Source: Paraspadella gotoi (Eukaryota > Animalia > Chaetognatha). Taken from it: 64,000 nucleotides of DNA. Shown here piece by piece: positions 11,371 through 24,443 of this stretch. Position 1 is the first letter of the stretch. Each line of letters opens with the position of its first letter. The notes beneath the pieces are model-generated. The model saw only the letters and a program-made list of their open reading frames with translations, did not search any database and had not been told where the DNA came from. Made by a program: the position numbers and the translations under genes. The stretch lies in assembly GCA_051294375.1 (NCBI GenBank), contig CM119271.1, forward strand, positions 7,430,162 to 7,494,161. The letters are read 5' to 3'.

Positions 11371-12089
11371 TGTGATCCTTGCTTTTTTTTGTTTTGTTTT
11401 TTTTTTTGTTTTTTTCTCAGAAAAGTTACAAAGATAAATTCTGTGATCGAATCGAATAGAATTTTTTTTTTTTCGTTTGAAATTATTGCGCGGGAAGAGA
11501 AATTTTGAGTTCAACTTGAGATATGTATTCCGATTTTCCAATCTTTGTCGGGAGCTGGAGTTCAGAGTGTTTTTGGTGGCTCAGGGAATTTATGGCAGCA
11601 GCGTGACTGTCGATGAAAAGTCTCGAGAGCGAATGAATGATCGGAGGAAAAGGATCGAGAAATACGAAGTCAAGGACTCTCGAGATTTCGCGGGTCCATG
11701 GGAGAGGTAAGGTACCGTCGTAGCGGCATCGGAGTCACCTGACCCCTCGAATTATGGGGATTCGAATCCGAGAGGAGAATTAAGATGAGGAGGAGGCGGT
11801 AGTGATCAAGGGGTGGAGGAAGAGGGAAGAGGAAAGTTTTCTCACAACGGAATTATTTTTTGAAGAAGTATTTTTTTTAATATAAATTCAATTAATAGAT
11901 TCTTTCGCTCATCGAACCGAATATTGTAATTAAAAACTTGCAAAGTATTTTAGAATTTAAAAATATTAACTATTATGTATTGAAATTTTAAAATATTAAC
12001 TATTGGGCAATTATGTATTGTGATTAAAACCTTTGAACCGATCTTCCCGCTGCTTTCGAAAGTTTTGTACGTCGGCGTCCGATGGGAGA

Positions 12090-12227
<138 letters not shown>

Positions 12228-14848
12228 CATGGGCTAGTCGACCCAGAAAGCGAGAGAGAGAGAGAGACAGAGACAGACTGTCGCCGTTCAATACTGCGTT
12301 CGGGTTCAACCTGTCGCGATAAACAATGCGCTCCTGGAAACAAATAACCCAAAAAAATAACATAAATTGAAATATCTCGAGACGGTTTTTGAAGAAGTCA
12401 CTGTATATAACAAAACTGTTAAGATAGTCATCAAGGCATCGTTTGAATGTTTGACTATAAAATATAAAATATTCTAAAATTAATAAGCAAAAAAAAAAAA
12501 GAAGAAATACAAAAAACAAAATCGAACCAAAACCCAAAAAAAATTTACAAGAAAACACGCGACCGTCGACGATGGCAAAACCATAGAATGGGCGCCGTTC
12601 GCCCGAACCAATCTGGTACAAAGGGGGGAGGGTGAGGGGATGAGGGGGGAGTGAGTCCAGGTGTCGACTCTCGAGCGAAAGAAGGAAATCGGCGAGCGAA
12701 AGAAAAAAAAATGAGTGAAGGAGATCGAAGGCGGAAACGATTCGACTTTGTCGTCGTTGTTGTTAATGTGTTTTGTTGTTGTTGTTGTTGTTGTTGTTGT
12801 CGTTCCAATCAAGGGAAATATCGGTTTATCTATTTAGCGTTCCCTTAGTTTTCTTCCTTTTTATATAAATTATTGAAACTTCTATTTATTAAAAATTTGG
12901 TTTCAGTCAGTTCTTCAATCACGATTCTGCGACGGCGATGAAGCCCAGGGTGACGCGTCCAATGTTTCGCGATACGAGGATGAGCCCCGAGAACGTCACG
13001 CGGTAGAAAGAAATCAGACAGAGAGAGACAGAGAAAAGAGGAAGAGACTACTTACTCCCTCGTCTTTTCGATCGCCAATCTCATCAGTGTCATCCCTAAA
13101 CTCGTCATTATTGGTTCGTTCTCATCCTTGAACTTTAAGGCGGTCGTTGCTCTTTATATACTATATCTTTATATCTCATTTAATCGGTAATATCGATCGA
13201 TTCTATTTCCATCTAATTCGATGTCAGGATCGATAAATCCGAGATTTCGACGAATCTAAGGTTTTCTAATGTGGTTTTTTTTTTTCGCCGAGAGAAATTA
13301 TCAGTTTATCAGTTTCTGCCATCCTTTTGTTCTTTTCTTTCTCTCTCTCTTTTTTTTTTCTTTCGTCGATATTTCTTTTTTTGTTGTAACATTCCTCATT
13401 TTTTTCATTTCATTTTTCATTTTTTCTCCCTTTCTTCCTTTTTTTTCCCTTTTTTCCTTTTTTTCTTCCACTCTACGCGTACATCTTGATTTTCTTTCCT
13501 TCCTTCCAAAGTCCCTCACCAATTTTAAACGGTGCTTTCCATTTCTTGACAAGCGCCGCCCCCGGTCCTGTCGTCATCGTCCTCGGCTATCGTAGGCGGC
13601 GCCAAAAGTTAAGCCCGCCGCCGAAACCGTAGTTTCCGTTGGCCCAACTTCGGCGTATTAAAGTCGTTTTAATTAGAGGGGTGGGACACAGTTTTTATGA
13701 TAAGCTACATAATCGTTCTTAAGCAATATCTTTTTCATTCGTGATTTGCTCAAATAAATGTTGGTTATCGCAATATATCATTGACATTAATTATCAGTTT
13801 TTAATAATCTATATATTTACCCGTTTTCCCCATATTACGTGATATTATTATTGTATCGGCGGTGGCGAGAGTCGCCGTAGGGGAAGACGGCTCAACGTCC
13901 GAGGATTGGGAATGAGAATATCTTTGTTCAAGTTTCCCAAATTCGGGATTGGGAGTCGCGACGACGGATAATTGAAGAAGGAAAAAGGGTTGGCCGAGGC
14001 AATCTGGGTTATTTTAGATAACGTTTGATTTGGTATTTTGTAAATTCTTCAGTTGCCTCAAAGATTACGACGTCGAAACGGTTTTAAGACCGTTTATTTA
14101 CCTTTTAACCCAATTTTTTTTGTTTATTTGGATTGTTTACAAACAATTTGGAAATGCTTTTAATTCCTCGCCTGTTTTTAACTTCGATAAATAAACAACT
14201 TTTGAAACCGCGATCGTCGCCATTTGTAAAATAAGTCTGAAAGCAGAGGCAACTTAAACAATTATCATAAACTGAATGTCGACATTATTGCTTATATAGT
14301 ATTCCCAAATAACCTTTGACTCTCTTGGACGCTACTTTGTCTCATAACCCAGGTTCTGATAAATCACATCAAAAGCCAACCGATACCGGCCCGTGTAGAC
14401 CTACTCCTACACAGTAGGACCTGCACCTACAGTGTCTCCAGCTTACTGTCACTTTACAATAGTTAAGTTTTAAATTATCTTCGTATAATTTTTATATTGG
14501 TTGTTTTGGGAACTCAAATGATTCGAACAAAGACGTCACCGCATTGTACCAATTTCATAAGTATCTATATTATTAATAAACTGATTCCTCCCGTCCGTTT
14601 TGCCATTGGACGACGGAGGCGGTCGAAAAAAACGAGAAAAAAAGGTCCGTCGATGGGTCATCGGGTCATATTAGGTCAACTTGGACCCCAAAAAAATCGT
14701 TGATCGATTCGCTTATCGGTTTCGCCCTCGAACGTTCGACTCACTCATTTTCGATCTTTCGCCCACAGAAACTCATTTTCTCGGCGGGAACAGAAAAAGA
14801 AAAGAGGATCGATTGGGATGACTTATGGCTGAGTATTAGCCGCTCGAT

Positions 14849-14896
<48 letters not shown>

Positions 14897-15124
14897 GAGA
14901 AAATGACGAAGACTTAGAAACGAAAGAGGCGGGTGATATCGAGAGAAACAGAAAGAATAAAAAAAAAATAAAGAGCGAGAGCGAGAGCGAGAGCGAGAGC
15001 GAGAGAGCGAGAGAGCGAAATAAAAGCGAGTCAAAGTACGAATTACCATGAGGCTCATGCGCCAGTATCATTAAGGCCGTAACGAGTTTGTTTACAGATG
15101 GCGCGGCGGCCGGTTTTCGATTTT

Positions 15125-15166
<42 letters not shown>

Positions 15167-15297
15167 GCGTTTCGCGCTCGAGCGTCGTCCGTGATGAATT
15201 ACAGTCTCGAGCTCTCGGGCGAGCGAAAGACGTTTTACCCTGTCTTAAGTTTAGGTATTTTTTTTTAGTCGGAAATATTAGAAATTTTTGCGTGTGT

Positions 15298-15375
<78 letters not shown>

Positions 15376-15461
15376 CAGAGACATAGAGCAAGACGGGGAC
15401 TGACAAGTAACGAATTCGCTTTGGTTTTCATTTCCAGGCTCCCGTGGCCCTCGAGTGGCCC

Positions 15462-15517
15462 GGTCGGTCTGTCGGTCGGTCTGTCGGTCGGTCTGTTGGT
15501 CGGTCTGTCGGTCGGTT
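15462..15517 (+). repeat. 12-bp tandem repeat GGTCGGTCTGTC (compound GTCG/GTCT tetranucleotide)
   Basis: About 4.5 units visible; tetranucleotide type typical of DINE-like elements. Confidence 0.9.
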
Positions 15518-15737
15518 GCCAAAACTCGTCACTGAAATTCACGCCTCGTTTCACCGAACTTTTCGTCACCAGTCGTCACCTCTCACGCGACATTCACGAA
15601 ACATAAATAAAAACCGTTTAAAATTTTGAAACCGTAGAGACGTAATCACACTGCCCGTTGGATGAGAATATGCCGTATTTGGCTATACCCAAATCGTCCC
15701 CGTTTCAACCTAATTAAATTTATTTTTACTTTCGATA

Positions 15738-15970
15738 ATTAGGTTAGAGGTTAGGCCGTTAGGGAATAGGTTAAGGATTAGATTTAGGGAATAGGTTAAG
15801 GATTTGGTTAGCATTTTAGTTAAGAATTAAGGTTTAAGATTAGAAAATAAGGTTATGGTTTAGCGTTAGGATTAGGATAAGGTTAGAGATAAGGGTTAGG
15901 GATTGTATTAAGATTTTGGAAAGAGATTAAAACTAGATATTAGGGTTAAAATTAAGGTTAAGAATTAGGA
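15738..15970 (+). repeat. Degenerate interstitial (GGTTAG/TTAGG)-like hexamer tract
   Basis: Six-base periodic ggttag/gattag/ggttaa variants over ~230 bp. Confidence 0.75.
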
Positions 15971-16159
15971 ATTTAAAAAGAGTGTCCCGTATTTCATCAA
16001 CGTAATGGCGCAACGGGCTTCGTTGCCTCACTCAAAGGTCCAGCTTTCGCGCCGGTTAAACTATCGGGAGCAAGCCTTCCTTCAACGGGGCACACAAGGT
16101 GTGGGGGAGAGCCGCATTGAAAGAGGGGCTTTGCCCCCACCTTTTATCAGAACAAAACA

Positions 16160-16230
16160 GAAGAGAACAGAACCGAATAGAAGGGAACGGAAGAGAACAG
16201 AATCGAATAGAAGGGAACGGAAGAGAACAG
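16160..16230 (+). repeat. 30-bp tandem repeat of GAAxx pentamers (GAAGAGAACAGAAYCGAATAGAAGGGAACG), ~2.3 copies
   Basis: Directly visible. Confidence 0.85.
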
Positions 16231-17253
16231 ATCGTGGTCATAGATTTCAACACCATTTCGTTTCTCTCATAACAATTTCCTCAATGAGGAGTTTTTCACA
16301 GAACGGGACTTTTTATCAAATTTTTCACTTCATTTCACATCGAACTTTTATCGCGTTTCACGCGATTCGATATTCACGCCCATCGCTTTTCATTCATAAT
16401 TTTTACTTCATTTCACAATGAATTTCTCACGAAATTTCTTACACGACGTTTTTTTTTTCACACCCGAACTCAACCGCACGGATTTTTCAACTTGTCGCGT
16501 CGTCGACGTGAATGAACTGTGACGTATGACGTGTGACTTTAACGGTGGATAACGAGAATCTCGTGACGTTAATTGACGTTAATTTATGTGACTTGACTTC
16601 GGATTTTTTTTAAAGGAAAAAAAAGAGTGATCACGGTCTTTGGATATAAGTTATTTCGAAAATTTTACAAATTTAAATTGATATATAGTGAGAGCTTTAG
16701 TTGGATGGAGCAATATTTAATTGATTGGTTGACGTCTTTTAAAACTTCTTGACTCTGGTTAGCGTCGCTGCGTCAGATGGCATGGGAGTAGAACGCCTAG
16801 TTTTGATCGACGTCCTTTCCAATGAAATTTTTCTCTTTTTTTTTATTCTTAAAAAACAATTTTTCCTTTTTTTTTTTATTCTTTAGCATATTTCTAACCG
16901 TCGTCGTTGTTCTATCTTCGTCGTCGTCGTCGTCGTCGTACGAAAAAAAAATTGATTAATCAACAAATGGACAAAAATGTGTTGGCTACCGTACGATATT
17001 TCCACTTTTTGTCGACTTCTCATTTAGACTATCTTTCTCTGTATCACGCTATGTTTCACTGTAACTTTTGGTAGTACAACCCTCTTCCCAGTTCGAGATC
17101 CATAACTACTCTCTAGTCTCTCTCACTCTCTCTCTCTCTCTCTCTCTCTCTCCCTTCTTCCTGAACCATCGATTCGGAACTGAAATCGAAAATGGAGGAC
17201 CGGACGACCGGACATCCGGACATCTATCTCTCGTCTCTTTGGAGGTCGACAAT

Positions 17254-17366
17254 CGAGAGTGGTGAGAGTGCAGGGAGCGGGATTTAGAGAGTGGAGATTG
17301 GAGTTTAGCGAGTGGAAAGTTGAGAGAGTGGAGTTCGGAGAGTGGAGTGTGGAGTATAGTAAGAGT
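17254..17366 (+). repeat. Degenerate 7-bp repeat (AGAGTGG-like)
   Basis: gagtgg recurs with 7-bp periodicity. Confidence 0.7.
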
Positions 17367-17643
17367 TACATTTCTGTTGGATTTTTTGCTAAAACAATGA
17401 AATACAGAAATGTTAGTCTAGTCAGCTGCATCGGAGAAGGCAATAAAGAAATTTAAGTATGTACGTTTAATTTACTTCAAAGAATGAAACAAAATGTAGA
17501 ATTGATTCTAAATTTTATTTGAAAGATAGTAGGTTCATGTAGGTTAAGAACAGTCATAAGCAAGTTTGGGACAGAAGATCGAACAAATAGGAGAAAGACG
17601 ACGACAAAGCGAATATGAGGACAACGAAGACGAATAAAAGGAG

Positions 17644-17678
<35 letters not shown>

Positions 17679-20233
17679 AGCTGACTCTCGATAGGAACAA
17701 AAGCTTTTATGCTCTGAACAAGAAAGGCGCCCTCCTCACTCTGAAAGTAGATAGTTTTTTTTTTTCATTGGAGAGAAATAAAACTGTGGGATCTGAGAGA
17801 GAGAGAGAGAGAGAGAGATTGGGAGAGAGAGAGAGAGTGAGAGAGAGAGAGAGAGAGAGGGGGGGGGATCGGTCGCGAAGGACGAGGACCCCCAAAAATC
17901 GTTCCCATTTGCAGACATCTTCACTTTTTTTTTTGTTCACACGCATAAGCAAATATTTTTTTTCTGTTCGACTCTATTCGGTACAAACGATTGAGAGACG
18001 AATGGCCTGAATTTAGAAAATAGTCGTGGGTGAAAAGTGCACAGTGGGCTAAATGTAAAAAAAAAAATGTGGTTGAAATGGCTACTAGCTTGTGTGGGTG
18101 ATATGGGACTATTTGTTTTTGTATTGTTTTGTATAACTGAATAATGTCATTTTATTTGAGGATAATATAGTGAATGTCATTTTAGAGTTTAAAAAGAGTA
18201 ATTCGTTGTAATTCGAGTCAAATGTCAATCGAGGGCGGAATGAGAAACGTGGGTTAAACGTTCGCGTGGATGAGATGTTCTGCTTCTTTGAAGAATAGAT
18301 TCTTTCGTGATATCTTTCGTACATAATATTACTAATATACTGATATACTCGGTGACTCAAATAACGAAAATTTGGAAAAACAAAATATGTACCAATTTCA
18401 TATGACTTAGATCGGTGCATTCGATATTCCACGAAGCTATGAAAACGAGAATATCATTAATAGTTCAAAAATTACCATTTATTTTTTTTACTATTTTACA
18501 TACTATTTTCCTCTTCTACTTCCATCGCACTATTCCATAAATTTATAATATCACTCGCTCTAATACAACGCCCAAACTTTACTTATATTTTTTTCTACGA
18601 TTCTCCGTTCTATGTACTTCTCCCGTTCGTATTTTCTCTCCCCTTTATTTTTATAGTCTCTCCACTCAGTCACCACCCCCCCACTACCCACCGCCCTCCA
18701 CTTTCCCCACCGCGCCGCAGCCGCGGCGGCGTTTCGTCGCCATCTTTCTGCCCCGGACGGATCGCCGTCCATTCGCCGAGGAAGGGGGAGGCATGGGGGG
18801 GGGGGAGTGGGGTTGTGAGGTGAAGGGATAGTGAGGGATCGGTGAGGGGGGGAGGTAAAAGGGGTTGGTTTGTGAGGGTCATTGTTTCTGAAGTTTTTTA
18901 GTTTGTTTTTTTGGGTTTTTTTGTGGTGAAGTACTAAAACTAATAGAGCCTTATGTCGACTGTAGTCGTAGTAAAGAGACGCGGGGGGTGATCATCGACA
19001 AATAAATACATACATAAATAAATAAATACATACATAAATACATACATACAAATAAATACATAAAAACAAATACATAGTCAACACACGGCACGGGCAGTGG
19101 ACAATTTGAAAAGCGTGTCTAATACGAAGAGCAGAAGGAATTGACAAAACGACGCGCGATGGGGAGCAAAGATCGCCAGCGCGGGATGTCAAGATCGGAC
19201 GATCCAGAGTTCCGGCGAAACCGAGAGATGGACCGGGATCGTGGGATCGAGATATCCTGAGGATTCGAATATTAAAAAGCGAAGTTTCCCCTGGGGATCG
19301 CGGACTCGGATCGTCGCCCTGGTTGTCGTCGTTGGATGTCGTCGTCGTCATCATCTTTTTAAGAGAGGACAATGATATCCTATGCGGTCATCGTTTTTAT
19401 ACCTTTTTTTATTGTTACAACAGTTTGTAAAAAGATCAAGTCTTTATTGAACACGCTTTCACTGGGAAAAAAAATTTTATTATAAAAATAAAATATACTA
19501 ATTAATTTTTGTTCCGTTAATCCCATTTACAATCGAGCGCAAAATTTTCAATTTCTATAATCTTATCGCAGTCGTCGGGATTAACTGTTGTAGCTGTTTT
19601 CGATCAGTGAGAAGCTTATCGTCGTTTTAGACCAATGAAGCTCGCGGATTCCCTCATCGGTGTTATTATTGCTAATGACTAATGTCTCTGTTGTTGTGAT
19701 AGCCTGAATGAGAGAGAGAGAGAGCGAGAGAGAGAGAGAGAGAGAGATAAAATGAGCCAAGTGGGAAAAGAGGGAGATAGAAAAAATAAAAATAAAAAAA
19801 GCACAAAACGGACGATGGAAAAAAAAGAAGATTGATAGAAGAACAGTGGGAGAGAGAGAGATAACGTGGACAGATCAAGGGAGACAGACAGAGAGATAGG
19901 CAGACAAAGTCGGACTAGGAGATAAAAAGAGGTTTTATCTTCACCACACATGCCTAACTGACTTCGGATAAGAATCGAGGCGTTCGCGCGATGGAAGGTA
20001 ATGGAGTATGAATTCTCTCTCTCCCTCTCTCATCCTCTCTCATCTCCCTCTCTCTCTCTTCTCTCTCTCTCTGCTCTCTCTCTCTCTCTCTCTCTCTTTC
20101 CCGGAGCGTTATCCTTTTTCCTCTTCCCTCTCTCTGGATGAGAAGGGGAAACCCGTATTTGGATAATGGACGTTTATTGACAATGGAGGGATCCTCCCGG
20201 TTGTTTGGTGGGAGAGAGAGAAGAGAGAGAGAG

Positions 20234-20279
<46 letters not shown>

Positions 20280-20310
<31 letters not shown>

Positions 20311-20720
20311 TTTCGTCGCCGTCGCCGTCGCCGTCCCTTGGACTTGATTGTCTTGGATATTAGGGTTATCGTTGAAAAGATATAACTTAATACAAAGACA
20401 TAAGGGATAAATGATCAATAATTTAAAAAACAAATCGTATTCTTTGTTTATCCCGTCGGGTTTTCGAAATCTGCGACTTTCGTGACAAAGTTAGGGAATT
20501 CCGATTGGTGAGGACTGAGGAGTGAGGAAGGCAACAATGGAAATGAAGAATTGAAGTAGGGCAGGTACGTAGGAGCGAAGTGAAACATAACCCCCTCAGT
20601 AGGAGCAAAAAGAGAGAACACTCAACGGTAATCAAATATACCTTTTTTTTAATCTATTATTTTACGTATTTGAGAATTACATTCCGTTATATTTGATCAT
20701 TATGTTGGATACAAATTTTT

Positions 20721-20754
<34 letters not shown>

Positions 20755-20764
20755 CTCTCTCTCT

Positions 20765-20851
<87 letters not shown>

Positions 20852-20969
20852 CCTCTCTCTGCTCTCTCTCCTTCTCTCGCCCTTCCGGACTCCAACTCGT
20901 CCCCGTTTCCAATTCAATCGAACGCCAGCAACAATGGAACTGAGGGGACTTTCTTCGGTCCCAAACAAT

Positions 20970-21032
<63 letters not shown>

Positions 21033-24000
21033 GAGTGATAGTGAAAGCCACTTAGTTATTTCAACTCCCGACGTTTATTCATTATTCTTTTCACTGGTCG
21101 GGGGGAGGCGGGGGGGGGCAGCATCGCCGGTGAGGTTTTAACGAGGACGAAGAGATGGAAGAGAAATACCGAACGACGAAACGACGACGACGATGACGAC
21201 GCTGACAACGAAGTCAAAGAGCGACGACGACAAAAAGACATTGAGGTCAAAAACGCAAAACGATGACAAAGTAAATGAATTAAACCGACAACGACCACGA
21301 CGACGAACAGCGAGAACGACAGCAACGACTCCGAAAAACGGGTCGGATAAGACGATCACAACAAGATGACGATAGCGGACGACGAGCCACGAAGACGAAT
21401 ACGACAAAGACGGCGACAAGTAATGAACGACGACGAGTAAAAACGACGGCGACGATAAGGGTATGACGTCGATCACGCATTAGAGTAATGTGAAAATGGA
21501 AAATAAAAAAATTTTTAGAAAATTTAAAAATTTAGTAAAATAAAAATATAAAATAAAAAACCGACTAAACAATTTAGTAAATTATTTTTTAATTTTATAT
21601 AATAGAGGCACTTAAGTAAGCTAATATTTATTATAATACATAAAATTATAACATGCAAATTTTTAAATTTAAGAATCGGACTTATGGATTCCCTTGCAAA
21701 AGTTTAATATAAGAAAGTATATATTTTTATTTAAATTATTTGATTAAGTTAGTCAAAAATGTAAAAAACTATATTTAAGACGCCCGGATTTTTTAATTTC
21801 CAGCTAAAAATATAGTTTTTTGTAATTTAACCTATTTATGACTATAATTTTTTGAAAAAAGAATTTTATTTTCTTTTATCACTTTTAACAAAGAATCTGT
21901 TCTGTTCTCAGAATTTAAAAAAAAAAACATTTTGAATAATTTTTAACATTATATAAGGGTATAACTATATACAAAAATAAGCTTACTCGTGCTACTATAA
22001 TTTGTAAAAAAAGAAATATCAACTACAGATTAAGTATTCACAATCATGCAATAGTTTTCATATATTAACTGCAAAATTTTGATTTACCAAAACTTTCACT
22101 TCACCCTAATAACCATCTCTTTTTATCTCATTTTTATTCCCGACATCAGTTCCATCGAAATGGACTGTTTTTCCCTTTTGTTTTGAATCGAAGAACGAAG
22201 TCCGTTTGTCTCTTTGTTCGGGAGCGAAAGAAGGAAAAGTTCATTCGCGTATTATTAGATATGTACTTTCATCGGATTAAGGTAAAAATAAATAAATATA
22301 TTTGTAGTTGCCAAGTCCGATTGACATTGACAAACCAATAATGTTTGCGGTCGCAACAAATCGCATGCAACCAGCAAAGAATTTTCATTTTAAACATTCT
22401 TGACGTCGTCGAAACGATACGACAGACGAACGACTCACAACTATTTATAATAATAAAATTGTAAATCAATACTATTCGAATTGGATTAGATAAATAATCA
22501 CAAACTTAGATAGTTATAAGTTTGTAACCAATGCTACGACGACGACGACGAACGACAAACAACGACGATGGAAACCGAACGAGAAAAACAAACGACGATG
22601 GCAACGAACGACGACAACGACGAAAACAACGACGAAGCGGCACGGCTGTTTGTCAATTTCCTTCCCGCCAGAGTGATTTTCAGTTTTGTCCTTCCGCGTT
22701 TTCCTCGGTTATGAATCATACTCAATCCTTTAAATGAATTTATGAATGATATAAATGACCCGAGAAAACGAACGAATCGAATGAATAAAATGAGATAGAA
22801 AGTGAACGAAGATTGAATATCTTGAGATGAGTGTCGAATTCGTAAATAATAGAAATAATTGAAAGATTGAAAACCGCCAAAAAATTTAGCTAAAATTAAT
22901 CGTTTTTTACAACAATACATTCTAAAATTTTGAAGACCTGAACTAAATTAGATTCAAAGCTCGTGAGGATTTATTCTGAACGAACGCACCGAGTTTTTGG
23001 ACATGAGTTTTTTTTTTTTTTTTTGTGATGAAATGTGACGATTCGTTAAAATGGGAAAAAAAAGGATGATTTTTCGCAGACCACAATCTTACAAACACTT
23101 TTCTCGTTGAGAATACCGCAAATGAGCGTAAAAGAAATTAAAATGAAATTAAATGATCGAACGTTATATGAAGGGACAGAAAAACCGTTCGAGCCAGTTG
23201 GCAATTCTCTCTCTCTCTCTCTCCTCTCATGTCCTCTCTCTCCATCTCCTCTCTCTCTCTCTGCTCATTTTCTCGATCTCCCTCGTCTGCTCAGTCTTTC
23301 TCTCCTCTCTTTCTCCTCCGTCTCTCTCGCTCGTCCTTTTCTCATCTCTCTCTCTCTCTCCCTCCTCTCCTCTCGCAGATTGATGATTTCCTTCTCCGAA
23401 TCTTTCCATATTCGCGCCATTTCAAATCCTCGGCGCCACTTCCGGTGATTTCTTTCCGGCGCGACCGATTCGTCAAGAGGCGGCGGCGGCGGCGGGCGGC
23501 TGCGCGGCAAAGAACTTGCAGTTCCGGCGCCAATGCATGAGGAAGAAAAGGCGCATCTTTAAACTAACGAAATTCGAAAGCCAAAAACCGCTGATTTTTT
23601 TCGCGAATAACGTCGAACAACAATACAAACGACGCGCCATCGCACTGTCAGCGGCCGACTGCGGCGNNNNNNNNNNNNNNNNNNNNNNNNNGAGAGAGAG
23701 AGAGAGAGAGAGGATCTGTTCGTCGCCGTCGCCGTCGCCGTCGGCCTTGGACTTGATTGTCTTGGATATTAGGGTTATCGTTGAAAGATATAACTTAATA
23801 CAAAGACATAAGGATAAATGATCAATAATTTAAAAAACAAATCGTATTCTTTGTTTATCCCGTCGGGTTTCGAATCTGCGACTTTCGTGACAAAGTTAGG
23901 GAATTCCGATTGGTGAGGACTGAGGAGTGAGGAGGCAACAATGGAAATGAAGAATTTGAAGTAGGGCAGGTACGTAGGAGCGGAAGTGAAAACATAACCC

Positions 24001-24129
24001 CCTCAGTAGGAGCAAAAGAGAGAACCACTCAACGGATAATCAAATATACCTTTTTTTTAATCTATTATTTTACGTATTTGAGAATTACATTCCGTTATAT
24101 TTGATCATTATGTTGGATACAAATTTTTT

Positions 24130-24161
<32 letters not shown>

Positions 24162-24167
24162 CTCTCT

Positions 24168-24209
<42 letters not shown>

Positions 24210-24210
24210 A

Positions 24211-24258
<48 letters not shown>

Positions 24259-24375
24259 TCTCTCTGCTCTCTCTCTCTTCTTCGCCCTTCCGGACTCCAA
24301 CTCGTCCCCCGTTTCCAATTCAATCGAACGCCCAGCAACAATGGAACTGAAGGGGACTTTCTTCGGCCCAAAAAT

Positions 24376-24443
<68 letters not shown>

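Noticed and set aside
11371-11541. N-terminal 57 codons of the 419-aa ORF call
   Set aside because: Starts at a non-ATG codon and is poly-A-derived Lys-rich sequence; better read as 5' leader.
14385-14435. Small overlapping hairpins (gtgtag...ctacac, cctac...gtagg) as a tRNA, SINE head or Helitron end
   Set aside because: No cloverleaf, no clear A/B boxes, no terminal CTRR.
15738-15970. True telomere
   Set aside because: Highly degenerate, short and internal to the scaffold.
18040-18068. CACAGTG followed by an A-run, resembling a Transib terminus or RSS heptamer
   Set aside because: No matching opposite terminus or target duplication found in the window.
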